Source: Paraphysomonas bandaiensis (Eukaryota > Protista > Chrysophyceae). From it: DNA of 64,000 nucleotides. The stretch is taken from NCBI GenBank assembly GCA_965644295.1, contig CBFFRP010000410.1, positions 1-64,000 of the forward strand. Reading direction: 5' to 3'. Positions 27,098 through 40,100 of the stretch are shown one piece after another (position 1 is the stretch's first letter; each line of letters starts with the position of its first letter). Made by a program: the position numbers and the translations under genes. The notes beneath the pieces are model-generated. The model did no database searches and was not told where the DNA came from. It saw only the letters and a list, made by a program, of their open reading frames with translations.

Positions 27098-27278
27098 GGT
27101 ATATGTATGTTTGCTGTTATGTATGTGTGGGTGTTATGTACATAAAGCTGTACACACACATCAATTATGTTCCTCAACATAATACGGAGCGAGGAATACA
27201 CTGCCATATATACATGTATATACCTCCACAGCAAAGCACTTCTTGGCCATACGCTGTACCATATACAAGGAATACATA

Positions 27279-27399
27279 CGTATGTAAGTATGTATGTACT
27301 GTATGTATGTATGTATGTATGTATGTATGTATGTATGTATGTATGTATGTATGTATGTATGTATGTATGTATGTATGTATGTATGTATGTAGGTATGTA
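27279..27399. repeat. (GTAT)n microsatellite
   Basis: Near-perfect gtat array between the divergent PDCD2 and 27610 ORF starts. Confidence 0.97.
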
Positions 27400-27609
27400 C
27401 TGCTGTTTGAGGGAGGAATGTAACGGCTTCGAGATGGATCATCATATCATACTGCTGTCTGGCTTCAACAATTGCTTAGATTACTTATCGCCATTACAAC
27501 TTCCTTTCTGATGTACATCCCTTATCCAAGGCTATAGTGGTCGGCTTAATACATTGATTTTGCATTTGTAAGTATTGCTGTTCTATCGACCAATACTACT
27601 ACTGTTTTC

Positions 27610-28059
27610 ATGCCATCCAAAAAAGAATTCAGCAATGGACACAAAACTTTGAATGCTGCTGAGGCTAAAGCTTTACAAGAGCTACTAAAATCTGAACGCG
27701 ATAAAAGAACATATTTTGAAAACAATAAAATGAAGATGGTCCGTGCTCGCAACCCACTTGCGGGAGAATTGACTCCTCGTGATGGGTATGGAGAACCTAT
27801 CATAAACACAAACTGGGTTGACCGTGAACTGCCAACTAAAAAGCAGAAGGAGTTGACCCAAAAAATAGGTATTGTTCCTTCAAGATATGAATGCCTTGGA
27901 AACAAGTCTTCACGGCCGTCAAGTCGTCTTTCCACTCCATTTTCCAGTAGGTTGTCGACGCCAATGACGCCAAGCACTCCGCACTCAGGAGCAGATGTGG
28001 CGGCTTGTGATCATATATGTGAATGTTGCAAGAAAAAAATTGAAAGTAGAGTAGAGTAA
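27610..28059 (+). CDS. Hypothetical basic protein, 149 aa
   Basis: ATG-started single-exon ORF in the divergent-pair position; no motif recognised. Confidence 0.55.
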   Translation: MPSKKEFSNGHKTLNAAEAKALQELLKSERDKRTYFENNKMKMVRARNPLAGELTPRDGYGEPIINTNWVDRELPTKKQKELTQKIGIVPSRYECLGNKSSRPSSRLSTPFSSRLSTPMTPSTPHSGADVAACDHICECCKKKIESRVE

Positions 28060-28653
28060 CTTTTCCGCAAAGTATATGATTATGTTGCTGATATAGTTTG
28101 CTAGTTGCTGTTTTATATTATAGGGATCGTTTTGTGCGTGAAGTCTCAGTTGATAGATAGTGTGAAAACATAAGTAAAGATAACAATAAGTAAAGACTAA
28201 GATAGTCTGTCGACATAAAATTTGAAGGCTATTTTATACATTGTTTACCTCCAGGATACTAAGTCTTTAGTTTTAAAAGATCATATACTACTACTTCAAT
28301 TACTTAATTGCTTCGATAACAGCTCAAATATTCTTCTGAAGTATTTTATCCTTACGAGATGCTCAGCTTTAAATGTGTCACAGCACTATGGTTACAACTT
28401 CGAAAAGATGTATTGGCATTGCGAAAGCTCGCGACCAAACAGACAGAATAGTTGTATTTTACACACACACTTACTTAGATAAAATTGCGGTAATTATAAT
28501 ATCAGATCAGTTTTACGCTCGGTCAAACTCAGTAACGGTACTGGCACAAACTACAACGGTATTATTCGTATTCTCTTACAATAGGTCATTGGCTAAACCA
28601 CAAATCCCATGGTATCGAATTTCATACTGTTTGTAGAACAATAGAAAGGCCAA

Positions 28654-31031
28654 CTACTCTGTGACTGCGAACTCCGAGGAGCATCCTGAGAACTCTCCGA
28701 TCTCCCCAGACACCTTCTTGTTGTTACCAAAATAGCAGAGTCTGTACGTGCCAAGGGCAGCATCGGACGGTATATCCCATGACAGTGTGGCCTGTGACAG
28801 TCCCGATATGCCGATATTTAGTGGGTCCTCGGGTCCAGCCCGCCACTGGAATTTAGTGCTCCAGTCCCCATCCACGGCTACGGTTTCCCAGGACCCATCT
28901 GTTGCCTGGAGATCCACCGAAAGGTATGTGCCCTGTGCGCGTTGGTTGTTGCGAGGATTGGCTGCGTGAAATACAGCAGAGGCGATTTCACCACGCTGAT
29001 GACGCAGAAACCAGTGTCAGAAAAAAGAAAAACAACATAAACAGCATCGTGAAATGAGTCATACCTGATATGTGTTCTTCACGTCGCCTCCATCAACCAC
29101 ATCCCCAAAGCTGGTTTTGAGAGGAGTGCGGTCGAAGGGCACTTTGGGGGCTCCTAGGGTGATTTGCACATCGCTGAGGTCCTCTGGTGGGGGGGCAGAA
29201 GCACTTTTTCTGCCGGCCGCCATGTCCGATACAAGCCTGGAGAATTCTTGCTGATATCCTGTCAATGTGTGGGGACCTGTACCACGCATCAGCATCAACA
29301 CGCCGATATGAAAATAATGATTGTACCGTAAAGAGTAGAAGCAGCCTCGTAGCGCTGGGCCTGGTACTCCTCATATGTAGTGACATAGTGTGAGTACGAG
29401 TTAGAAAGTCCAGCTATAGTAATATGTGGAGTGTCTCCATCTTTCAGCATGCCTGAGGATGCTACCAGATCGCTTAGAGTATTTCGTAACCGACGGCCGG
29501 CCATGGTTGTGAACTCTGACGGGGGTACAGCGATGAAAAGGCTACCCACACGCAAGACTTGGATGGGCAGCGTAGAGGGCTCCCATGCATATGGACGATC
29601 CATATCTCCTGTGTTGAATAGAATTGGCTTTGGCGCCTGGCATGCAATCTCTTCCTCAGTTGGGGTAGAAAGAACATCCCTCACCTGCGAACGCGCTCAC
29701 AAACAGTAGTGAAACAAAGCGATGAACCACACCTTGTCCCAAAACGGATTACCGGTGGTAGTACCCTGAGTAAAGTTGAGCATTCCAGGTCCATCCGTAG
29801 TACCAGCTGCAAAAGAGTAACCCAGTGCGGCCCTACAGAGAGTGGTAGTGGAACCATCTGGAAGAGCCACCTCCAGCTTCGGCATATCCAGATACGAGAG
29901 GCGATAGTCAACAGGACCTGTCACTTCCTGATTCGCTGCTTCCATCAATTCGACCGCATGCTCATATTGGTTGCGGCCAATGATCTCTGTTGACTCAAAC
30001 ATGTCTCCATTAGTGCCTGCACAAGACGGGGTCACATAGTATACGAATCGATTTCAGAGCAGTACCTGGCCCGAAAGCAATACAGTTCTCGCAGCGACCA
30101 TTGCAAGAAGAATGCTCTCCATCACAGGGTAGGCCAGTATCGATGCACTACACACCATGTTATCTTTACCTCTACAGTATAACTCACAAAACACACATAC
30201 CTTCGGTCCGGCAGTGTTGGGGGAAACATCACCAAGGTTAGTAGAGGCAAAGGCCGAAACGAAAGGGCCCATACCAGGTTGTTTTCCTTTGTTGTGATCC
30301 TTCTCCAACAGATAAGATGCATAGCCCTTGTTGTCACCACTCACAAGAGTGTTGGTATTGTTCATGCTAGTGCCATGTACAGCGAACCAGTTCAGGACCC
30401 CAATGTCGGTGCCATCCTCGCCAACCATCTTCAGAAGTAACATGTTCTTGTCAGTGTCGGCGTCGTAGCGTGCTCTCTCTTCTTCAGGGTTCAATAAGTA
30501 AGAAGTAGGGGATCGGTTAATGTTAGAGTCCTCAAGCTCTCCTTCCGCAAGGAATATTTTACCAGGCTTCATATTCTTGTACGCCATCACGATAGATTCA
30601 ACAATACCCTCAACAAAAGCATCGAATGTTTCTGGCACAAATCCCCACGATGTAATTTGATAAATTGTATACTGAAGAAACCCAGCAGGACCAGAGTGCG
30701 TATGGGTACCAGAAATTGCAACGTTATCATAAGAGAAAATTCCTTCCCCAATACGCTCATTCAGCCCATCGATAACACGCATCTTAAGGAGGTCTGAACC
30801 CATACCGATATCCGCACTCACAAATGCGATCATGTGACTCTCATCGTCCTCAATGACAAACGCGCGTGACCTCAGTCGCTGGTGAATTCCCGTTCCCCTC
30901 TGAGAGGGAACAGCGTAGCCCATGAAGTTAATCTCTACAGAGGGTCCTGTTATATCATATATTCCAGCCCCTATGTTATATGAGGCAACCACAGACACGA
31001 GGGAAAGAAAACTTAGATAGGACAGCATCAT
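28654..31031 (-). CDS. Neutral/alkaline non-lysosomal ceramidase (multi-exon, signal peptide)
   Basis: SGTHTHSGPAG, NINRSP, NWFAVHGTSMNN, SGDNKG, GDVSPN, AAGTTDGPG, EFTTMAGRRLR, QRYEAASTLYG. Confidence 0.95.
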
Positions 31032-31989
31032 CTTTGACTAGGACTGAATAAATGTCCTTTGTTTAATTAATGTTGTCCAAAGACACTGTCAAATAAGTGT
31101 TATGTAATATATTTGTCAGTGTATGTCAGTGTATGTATATACCACACTGTGATGTGTGTGTGCCTGTGTGAAGAATATGGTATACTACGATGCAAACTCC
31201 ATATCCCTGCTGCTGGTGCTGTATATGGTGTGGTGCTGATGCTGTACATTGCCAGGTATACGATGGTATACAAGTGAAGATATGTATGTACCGGTTTGTC
31301 CACCTCTGGCTCACACTTGCAACAATGTGGTTGAGCTTGTCGAAGGTGCAACAATATATAAGTGGATAGCTATACAGTAGATGTGTGTTAAACATAACGG
31401 GTTTAATCACATTGATATTGTCATACAAGAAAAAAGTTTCTTACATTACTGTGATAATTGGTGAAAGTCACACTGAATGAGATGACCACACGTGCGACAT
31501 CGATCACTCATATCTTTTTCTGCCTTTAGAAGCATTAAGTACTTAAGGTGAAGTAATCTGAGAATCAGGGCCTCAGAACCTCATTGAGCTGTGCAATTTT
31601 GTCCTCGCAGAAATGAAACGCACCTGAGCAATGGAACAGTTGCAACACGCGACACTAAAACACCGAGATCAACCAAAAAGAGAATCACAGTTACTCCTAG
31701 TTCGGCAAAGCGTTTCTCAACAAAGTAACCTGCTCGTAAAGTGGAGCATGTGGAACGATTGCTTCACGTTTCTTGTAGCAATGCACGAGCACCTAACATC
31801 AACCTCGACGAGAGTACTATACAATCATAGTGTGATGATATATGATGTTAGAGTAAAAAATAATGCGTCATCTATTTACACATCTACAGCACCTGAACTC
31901 GGTGATGCTAGAAAAATATAAACGAGATGTCGTTTAGGCTAAAAGTTCCTAGCCTCAGCTTTCCTTCACACGCTAACAACAATCAGCTA

Positions 31990-32537
31990 GAAAAGCTATC
32001 CCTCAACAAAGTCGGACTCGCACCTTTTCGTGGTGTCTGGGGGATAAGTACCGGAGATATTTCTCCGGGAAACTAACGTGAGCCGCAAACATAGACAGCA
32101 GATATTGTTCTGCCGGCTCATAGCCGAATGCTTGTGTGGCATAAGGGACACCAATTAGTGTCACTTGTGTAGACGTCTTTGGGCCTTGACGAATAAACAG
32201 ACATCCGGAAATGGGCCCAACTTAAGGGTAACCGGAGTATTGGGCTACATGCTGAAGTCAAGCATCCGGGATGATCACCTTAAGGACTCAAAAAACCTGA
32301 AGTCAGCAGATGTCAGATATATCAACATTCTGCTTGCTCACGGCATTTGCTTTGAGCGATAGAGCGTAGGTGGTTGCACCTTGGTGCTTGCGGCGACGCA
32401 CAAGTAGCCTCAGTAGCGTTGAATAGTAGGATAATAGATTTTGTACTAGTTAATTACAGGTGGACGTCTACCTAGCTTGACTAGTTTTCTTCTAGCTCCT
32501 AAACTGGTGCTGACTGTTAGCACCTATTGCTAATAAT
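31990..32537 (-). repeat. Dispersed hairpin-rich repeat, copy 3 (longest)
   Basis: Reverse-complement match to copies 1 and 2, from attattagcaatag to gactttgttgagggatagcttttc. Confidence 0.85.
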
Positions 32538-33054
32538 ATGACCTTCAATACAGCAAGCTATGCTCTATGATAATAACTTATCTACCACATACGCTGCATA
32601 TGTAAATATATGACTTTTTATAATTTTATATTTTGCATTACTTAATATCAGTATTAAATCCTCTGTGTCGCTAGATTTGTTTACAATCATCCTTGAAGCC
32701 TTGATGCTCCAGAATAGAAGTATAGGGGCTAATACGTAAATTGTGGACACTATATCGCTCTATTTGTAAATTTAAAAAATTTGTGATAGATAGACGCCAT
32801 ATTGGTGCGATCACTTCAGCGCTAATTCCTAGTGGCATGACACCATTGTAAGATTGATCTGAACTATTTCTCCACGATTTTTATTCTATAGTCAAAAGAT
32901 CCAGTCTATTCAAAGAATAAAAAATATAGAGCGCGGTGTATTATATGGCATACGCATAATGCATAGTAAAGTATAATTTAAATGGTTCTATTGTTCTACT
33001 ATTACTCACAGCAGAATTTATACGCAATAAAAAATGCAACCACTGGACACGACT

Positions 33055-33568
33055 TTAAATAGGGTCCATTCTTAATGTTGAGAGGTCATCGCCATCTTTG
33101 ACAGCATGTGCAGCTTTGATACCGGTGGGGCTTACATAGCGAGTTACGTTAATCTGATCACGCAGTAATTATAACGCAAATATTAAAAATATAACATACC
33201 TGTCCCCACACGTTTTCTTTATAGAAAGGATCATTCTTATAAAATGTGTCTACTTCTTCTCGGGTGCCGTAAACCATTATCATGCTTCCTATCATGTACT
33301 TGCCATCCTCAGATTCTAGTGGCCCTGCAGATAACTTTCGAATAAAATTCGGACTTTCTGGGTTCGCAGTCTCCACTTGATATTTCTATCAGTCACAATA
33401 ACGATCAATGGTTGTGAGTGACTCTCAGTAAGGTACAAATCACACCTTATGCTCTGCATAATTCTCTATCCTCTTGGCTGATCCGCCAAATCTGCTCCCT
33501 TTCTCAACCATTCCACATGACAGGTCATCCAAGCAGTGAATAACATAAACGTATCGCTCCTGAGACAT
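33055..33568 (-). CDS. YciI/YCII-related domain protein (3 exons)
   Basis: YVIHCLD...R..NYAEHK / AGPLESEDGKYMIGSMIMV...FYKNDPFYKENVW, the typical YciI pattern. Confidence 0.8.
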
Positions 33569-34124
33569 TGCTGGTATTGTGTATCGCTTAGCTAGATAAT
33601 ATGTCTTTGTTTAATGCACTATGGCATATATGCATTGCATATGTGTATGTACACCAGCACTCACTCTTGTTCTGTGTGTATATATTCAGATCATAGTGGA
33701 TATCAGATATTCTGTATTTCCCAGTATCTAGACGTACACCACATATATATGCGGGATATTTCGAAAAACTTCATACTTTACGTTTTCTAAATTATAATAT
33801 CCATAGTTTTCTACTATATGTGGTGTGTCTCCTGCACACACTCTGTGAGGAGTATCTGTTGACGCCAAGACATACACTGTTAGTACATACATGTAGACAC
33901 ATATTCCACTATCATGACAAGAACATCCCTCGATCGAGAGTAACAAATGAAACCACAATAAGAACAAGTCAGTTGATGGTGTAAGGGATAGAAGGGTCCA
34001 TTCATCGTCCCACTATCAAGGGAATAACTCTATATCGGTATTGTTTTCTGTACGAGTGCATTCAATGGGATGCTGTATAGATATCAGCGTGTATTATAAT
34101 TTTGAAACATAAACGTCGATTGCA

Positions 34125-37100
34125 ATGAGCGATTTTGTTACTATCTTAATGCCGAACGTCTCAGGGTGGTTCGTATTAACTCTTCGGATAATCTTCTGCT
34201 ACTTTTTGTTTTTTCTTTCCTTGAAGATTACTGAGCTGGGCTTGTCATATGCTATTCCTATCATCGCTGCCCGTGTTAAGAACACTGCTCCAATAGTTAC
34301 TTTTAAAATAAGACTATTCTACTTTGAGATATCCCTTAGTGGGATAAGTATAGATACATATTTGCTTTCCGTTATTAATGACCTTTTGCATTTCAACTGC
34401 CAAATTGCTGAGTTCAGAATACGTGAAATCAAAATAAAGGTGCTACCGTACCTTCATGTCACTATTTCTGGGATACGATTTCGTGGATTTTCAAAGAATC
34501 CAAACTGCTGGAGCGCAGATAGCGTGATGAGTGCACTACGCCTGAGCCGTCTGGATGTTCTGGACTCCTTAACGAGATCCATATTGGCCAGACTAACGAA
34601 GTGTAAATATGGTTATTTGTTTCAAAATCTTCAGCTACTTCCATTGCATTGCATCGACATTTTTATTGCGAAGGCTTTTCTTGATATTTTTGATACAAGT
34701 GTAGGGTTTTGCGCTCGGCAGTCGGGCCAACGTAGTGACACAATGTCTGAGGTGTTCATTGAGCATCTGCAGGTACATCCGTCGGGACCCATTTGGGTAT
34801 TGCTGTTCACGCCAATGTTTAAAGTAAGATTCTGATTGCACTTTTAATGTCAACTGGTTTAAGGAGTAAATTTCTTTTTCTGCCATATAGATGCGCACTG
34901 TAATATCGAAGATATCTGTGACGTCTCGACAATTTCTCAATGAAGGTAACCAACTGACTATACTCAACTGCGCTGCTACCCATGACTCAATAGTTATGTG
35001 ACTATATGTTTTACAGAGCGCTCGGTTGCTCCACCACTATTGTACCCTGCTGTTGTTACAGGCGAGATCACATTGCCCAAGGTGCTCTCACAAATGCTAC
35101 GCTCGGAGCCATTGCAGTCGAAGTACTGTCACCTAGATATGACTGCCAGTCATCTGACTGTAGACTTCGGAGCTGTAAATGCACTTGGAGTAATCAACTT
35201 CAGGTGTGGTTTTGCAAAGCGTATGTGGTTTGTATTAATGTATCGGTATATATCAGTCTTGCTATTATTCTCTATCGTGCATGGTACACTTCCGTGTTGG
35301 AGAGTTTTCAGAAGGTAACTGGAGCTATATTGTTCATACCATAATCCTATATCGCAGTCTCATGACGCTCCAACTGAGAACACCCGAGAAAAAGATACTC
35401 TAGCAAGTTACTTGGCTTTTTATTCGAGGTGTAGTTGTTTGCTATCCTTTGCACGCTGGAATAAAGCTGTACTGTTAGCTATGCAAACGAGAAACGCTAT
35501 CGCCGTAGGAGGGAGTTACTACGGAAGTGTCGCAAACTGGAGGCAGATATGAGCTCGAAGGCTATTGCTTTTGGTCGGGCGTTGGCTTTAGGGTGGAGAG
35601 AGGATGCCGACTTCTATAAATGTTTCAATATAAGCTATGCTATTGACGATAATGATGATGTTGTCGAGTTCGACAAGGTTAGCTCCTACGTGGTAACCTC
35701 GTGTTCTCAATGTAATAAATGGACTGCAATGCATGTAGATTGTGAATAGCATATATGATCAAGAACTGCTGAATCTAAAGGAAATGAGGTTTATAAAGGT
35801 GAACCTGTCAGTGAAGTTGTCTTGTGGTGCGTTTGCTGATTTGCTTGTGGTTATGCGTTAGGTGGATGTGGTTGCCGATCAGGTTGACTTCAGACTCTCT
35901 ACCCCACGGACAAGCTGGAACTTAAATAGAGATGGAAAGTGTCCTCCGAGTTCTGCTCCGCCTGCAACAATGTCGCTTATGGGAATTAAGCTGAGTATCG
36001 TAGATCCATTAGTGGTACCGTCGTATGCTTATGATAAAGTCAGGTTTGTGCGTATAGCACTGCTACTCCTAGACTGTCTGAATTTGTTGTACCAGAGATA
36101 TCGACATAAAACTACATAGATTGAGATTTGCAGCTGGGGAAATAAGGGCACCTACGAGCCCCTCTGAGTGCATGCGGCGTACTATCATCGACCGCTGCAT
36201 GGTGGTGAGACCTGAAAACTCTCTTCCCGACTCGGACAATGATATGCAAGAGCATACCTTAGACGAAAAGCAGACCGCTTATTGCGATGGTACAACTCAG
36301 GACGAGTCCAGCGTTATCCTGAACATTCATGAAGATCCAGATGCTGAAATATTGACGGTATAGATCTTTTTTTTTGTTGACTGTATGGTTGATATATGTG
36401 TAGGTGGATGTCGTTTTATCCCATGTATTGGTCGTGGTGGATATAGTCAATTCCATTGAAGTCGTGGAGTATGGCCTCACTGTTGTTGAAGACATGGCTG
36501 GTGCGGTGACGTTTTGGTTAAGTTCCGTCGATATGCCAATAGTAGATGAACCTGTTTTGCTTCCGTCATCCCTCTTCGGAGGGAAAAAAATGAGGGTGAA
36601 GGCAGGAGCTACTGATATTGGTTTCGCCCTTCTCGGTATGGATTCATGGCTCTATATTCGTAGTTTTATTATATCTACTTTAACCAGATTATGAAATGCA
36701 AATGCACGATAAGCCTCACCTTAACTGCAACGCAACGTCCAGTTTACTCCGAATTGGATTTGATGCTACGATATGCATAACCTCTAATGTACAATCCGAA
36801 GCGCTATCAGGCAAAGTGCATAATCTTCAGTTTGCTCCTTATGTGCAGGTCGAAAAGACTGAATTACTTTACGATGCTCATATTGACATACAGGACACTA
36901 GTGAGGTATCACACGACAACAATTATAGAGGAGTACGAGCGATTCATCTTCTGATACGACGCTCACAATCAATATGTCTTGACCTTCTCGATCCATTTCA
37001 TTTGGATTTTCTATATCATTTGAATGCTGAGAGAAGAGCTCCACCAACAGTCTTTCTGTCTGAGGCAAGAGATACTGCTGAACCGCGCGTGGAGTGCGGT

Positions 37101-40100
37101 TTACCTAGAGGTGATTCGCAACTATCGACGGGCGACGACGTGGTTAGGTCAGCACGATACTATCGAAGGCGTGCAAGCTTCGTTGACGAGCATCATGAAA
37201 GCGAATGTGTTGAAACTGAGGTTCCGGTCGAGGAAGAGAATATTGATCAAATGACACTTATGCGTTACATATCTGTAATATCTAATCCCCTAGTTGTAAG
37301 CCTTTCGGAGCATGAAGCGAAGATACTGTTGAGTTGGATCAATTATATGATAAAAGTTGTACCGTCCGTACTGGAGAGTTTGGGGTTGAACATCATGCGT
37401 ATCCAAAGGGCTGCACAGGGCGTGAATACAAGAACTGAGCGACGCGAATATCTATCATTTATGGACCGACTCTTTTTTAAGTACAACACTGGAGAAAACG
37501 ACGTGATTCCACCCCAAATACTGAGGGAGTTGTTTAAGTTATTCTTGGAGCCTGCTCAGCTTCTTTCCTCAGAGATAGAGGAGCAGATTCGAGATCTCCG
37601 AGTTTTATTTGATCGTAATTTTGACGGACGAATTTCTAGGGCAGAGTTTACCGAAGCCGGTCTGGATTTGTACAAGAAGTCAAGCTGGAGAGAAAGCGGC
37701 GAAGTTCCGTTGCATGTAATCCATTGACAATGTCCTATGTACAATTTTGAAAACTATTATATTGTAGTTGAAGGAATATACTGGTGTATTGCCTAGAGAA
37801 TGCTTTACTCGGGCTTTCTCGGACGGATATGCTTTAAATGAGACCTGGCGACTAATTGAATCGGAAACCCCACTTAGACGTGGAAGCGGAACTCTAGGTA
37901 TATACTAGTACGAAATATCCATTAAATGGCACTTGACAAAATGTAACTGTATTTTAGGAGCACTATCTCCAGTTACCGTACAGATGATGCTGACCCGACT
38001 ATGTGAGGATTGTCATATTGCTCGAGCTTTATGGGAACAAATAGTGCGAGTAGGTTTAAGAGACCCGATGATGCAGCTCTATCCTTGGGTCATTGGAGAT
38101 GATCAGCTTGTAGTGTCAAGGCTCCCAGTTGGTCAGATTGTGAGAAGCATGGTGTATGGCCGTAGTGCGACATCTTTGATCATGAATCAGCAAGTTTATG
38201 ATGATCATTTGTCAAGGCCGTCGTCACAAAAGCGACGCACAGTGGAATCAATTACTCGCGGAACAGTTATTGATATGTCATTTACAGATTTCAACATCAG
38301 TATAGGAACTATTCAACTCAATTACACTGATTCCCTTCTTGGTCCTAAAATGCCCCGGTTGCAGTTGAATGCGTCGAAAATATATCTACAAGGAGCCGTA
38401 TCTCATCAAGGTGTTGTGCCTGATTTGTCATTTACATCTTACTATGGTCTTGTGAGCGGAATATTTGGAGGGATAACAATCGATTGCAGTTTCTTCAACA
38501 GCCGAGTTGGGTCCCATGAGCCCTTTGTTGAGCCCTACACCGTTGAAATTGCGGCAGTAAAACTCCCGCAGGATCAAAACATTCGTATCAATGTGAAAGA
38601 TCAAGGATTGCTGGTTTGTAATGTGTCTGCGGCTCTGTTACAAACCACTGCTGCAATAGTGGTGTCACTGGAGAAGCCGGACACGATCGACCAGGACGAG
38701 GATTTAACGGTACGCTGATAACGTAATATGTAGTGTGTCTTTCATACTTAATGATACTTACAGTCATCGATCGATCGAACCACTGACTGCAGCAGTTTGA
38801 ATGAACATGATACGGCGATTGGGCGAGATTTGTCAGAAAGCCTACAGCTTATGCTCGCCAGTGAGGATTTTAGTGATGATGATGACACCAATCCTTATTT
38901 GACCCGCATGGAATCTACCGTAGATACACCAAGGCGACAAGTAGACCCTGATTCTAGTTTATTCCAGCAACACTTTCCACCTCCTAGCATCAAGCTTTCG
39001 AGACAACGTTCATCAGTAATTTCTACTGTCGCTTCTTCCCCAGTACAAAGTGTTCCATCCTTTATATTACACAATCACTGTGGCGAAGATTTGAATGTAT
39101 CACTCTATGCTTCTCCTACGCGGATAGATAGATCGGTACAAATTAGTAGTGTCCGATGCTCTCCACATCATGCAACAAGAATATACACTCCGTGGAGTGC
39201 TATATACAAATGTTATCCAGAATTCACATTCCCATATGTTCATTTTACCACACTCTGTGATATGCCTGTTTATTCCGCAAAGCTTTGTCCGCTTCATTCT
39301 CTTTCCCTGGATAAAGTTGTGTTGACCCGTCAAAGTACAAGGTTTGCACTTACTATTTAGCGGTTGCCGGAACTGACAGTTTGATGTGTAGTAGCCCTGT
39401 GGAAGCCTTAAATGTGAATGATATTTTACCTGCAATTATACTCGAGCACGAGGTAAATAGTATATCAGCTGTCTTTATACTATTTACATTGACTACAAAC
39501 GCTCCATAGGCACAGCAGTATGACAGCAGCTCAGACAACTTAATCAACTACACAACTACACTAATTGCGCGATCCAATATACAATTTAGGAATCTCACAG
39601 GGAAGACACTTAGAATTAAGGCAACTGCTGCGTCGAGAGAATTTGGGATTCCTTTGGAATTAAAAGTTCGGGATTTGAATAAGAAGTCGATACCGATATC
39701 AATAGTGGAGGATCCAAATGCAACACTTTCTTTTTACAACGAGAAGTGCGGCGAGTGGAGCACTACTATCCGACTGATTGACTTGATTCATTCAAGCAGC
39801 AAACGATGCATACTAGGATGTGTAGTGCTCTACGTTGGTAGAGAAGTTTTAAATGACAGTGAAAACAAGAAAGCAGTCTGCGACTATTCTATAGAAGTTG
39901 TGGGAGGCTTAAAGTTTGTTAATTCTTTGCCATATAGAGTGGAAATAAAGTATACGGAAAGAATAAACGGCACGACCGCGTTCCCCCATGCGCCCAAAGC
40001 ACATAAAAACAACCGTGTTCGCCTGAAATGTGGTCAAGAAGTGCTTTTACCGATAGGGCTTGAGGTGGAGATGGCATCTACATTTAACGTAAGGGTCGTA

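Noticed and set aside
27103-27511. ORFs with CMYV/TYIH repeats
   Set aside because: These are translations of the (GTAT)n microsatellite.
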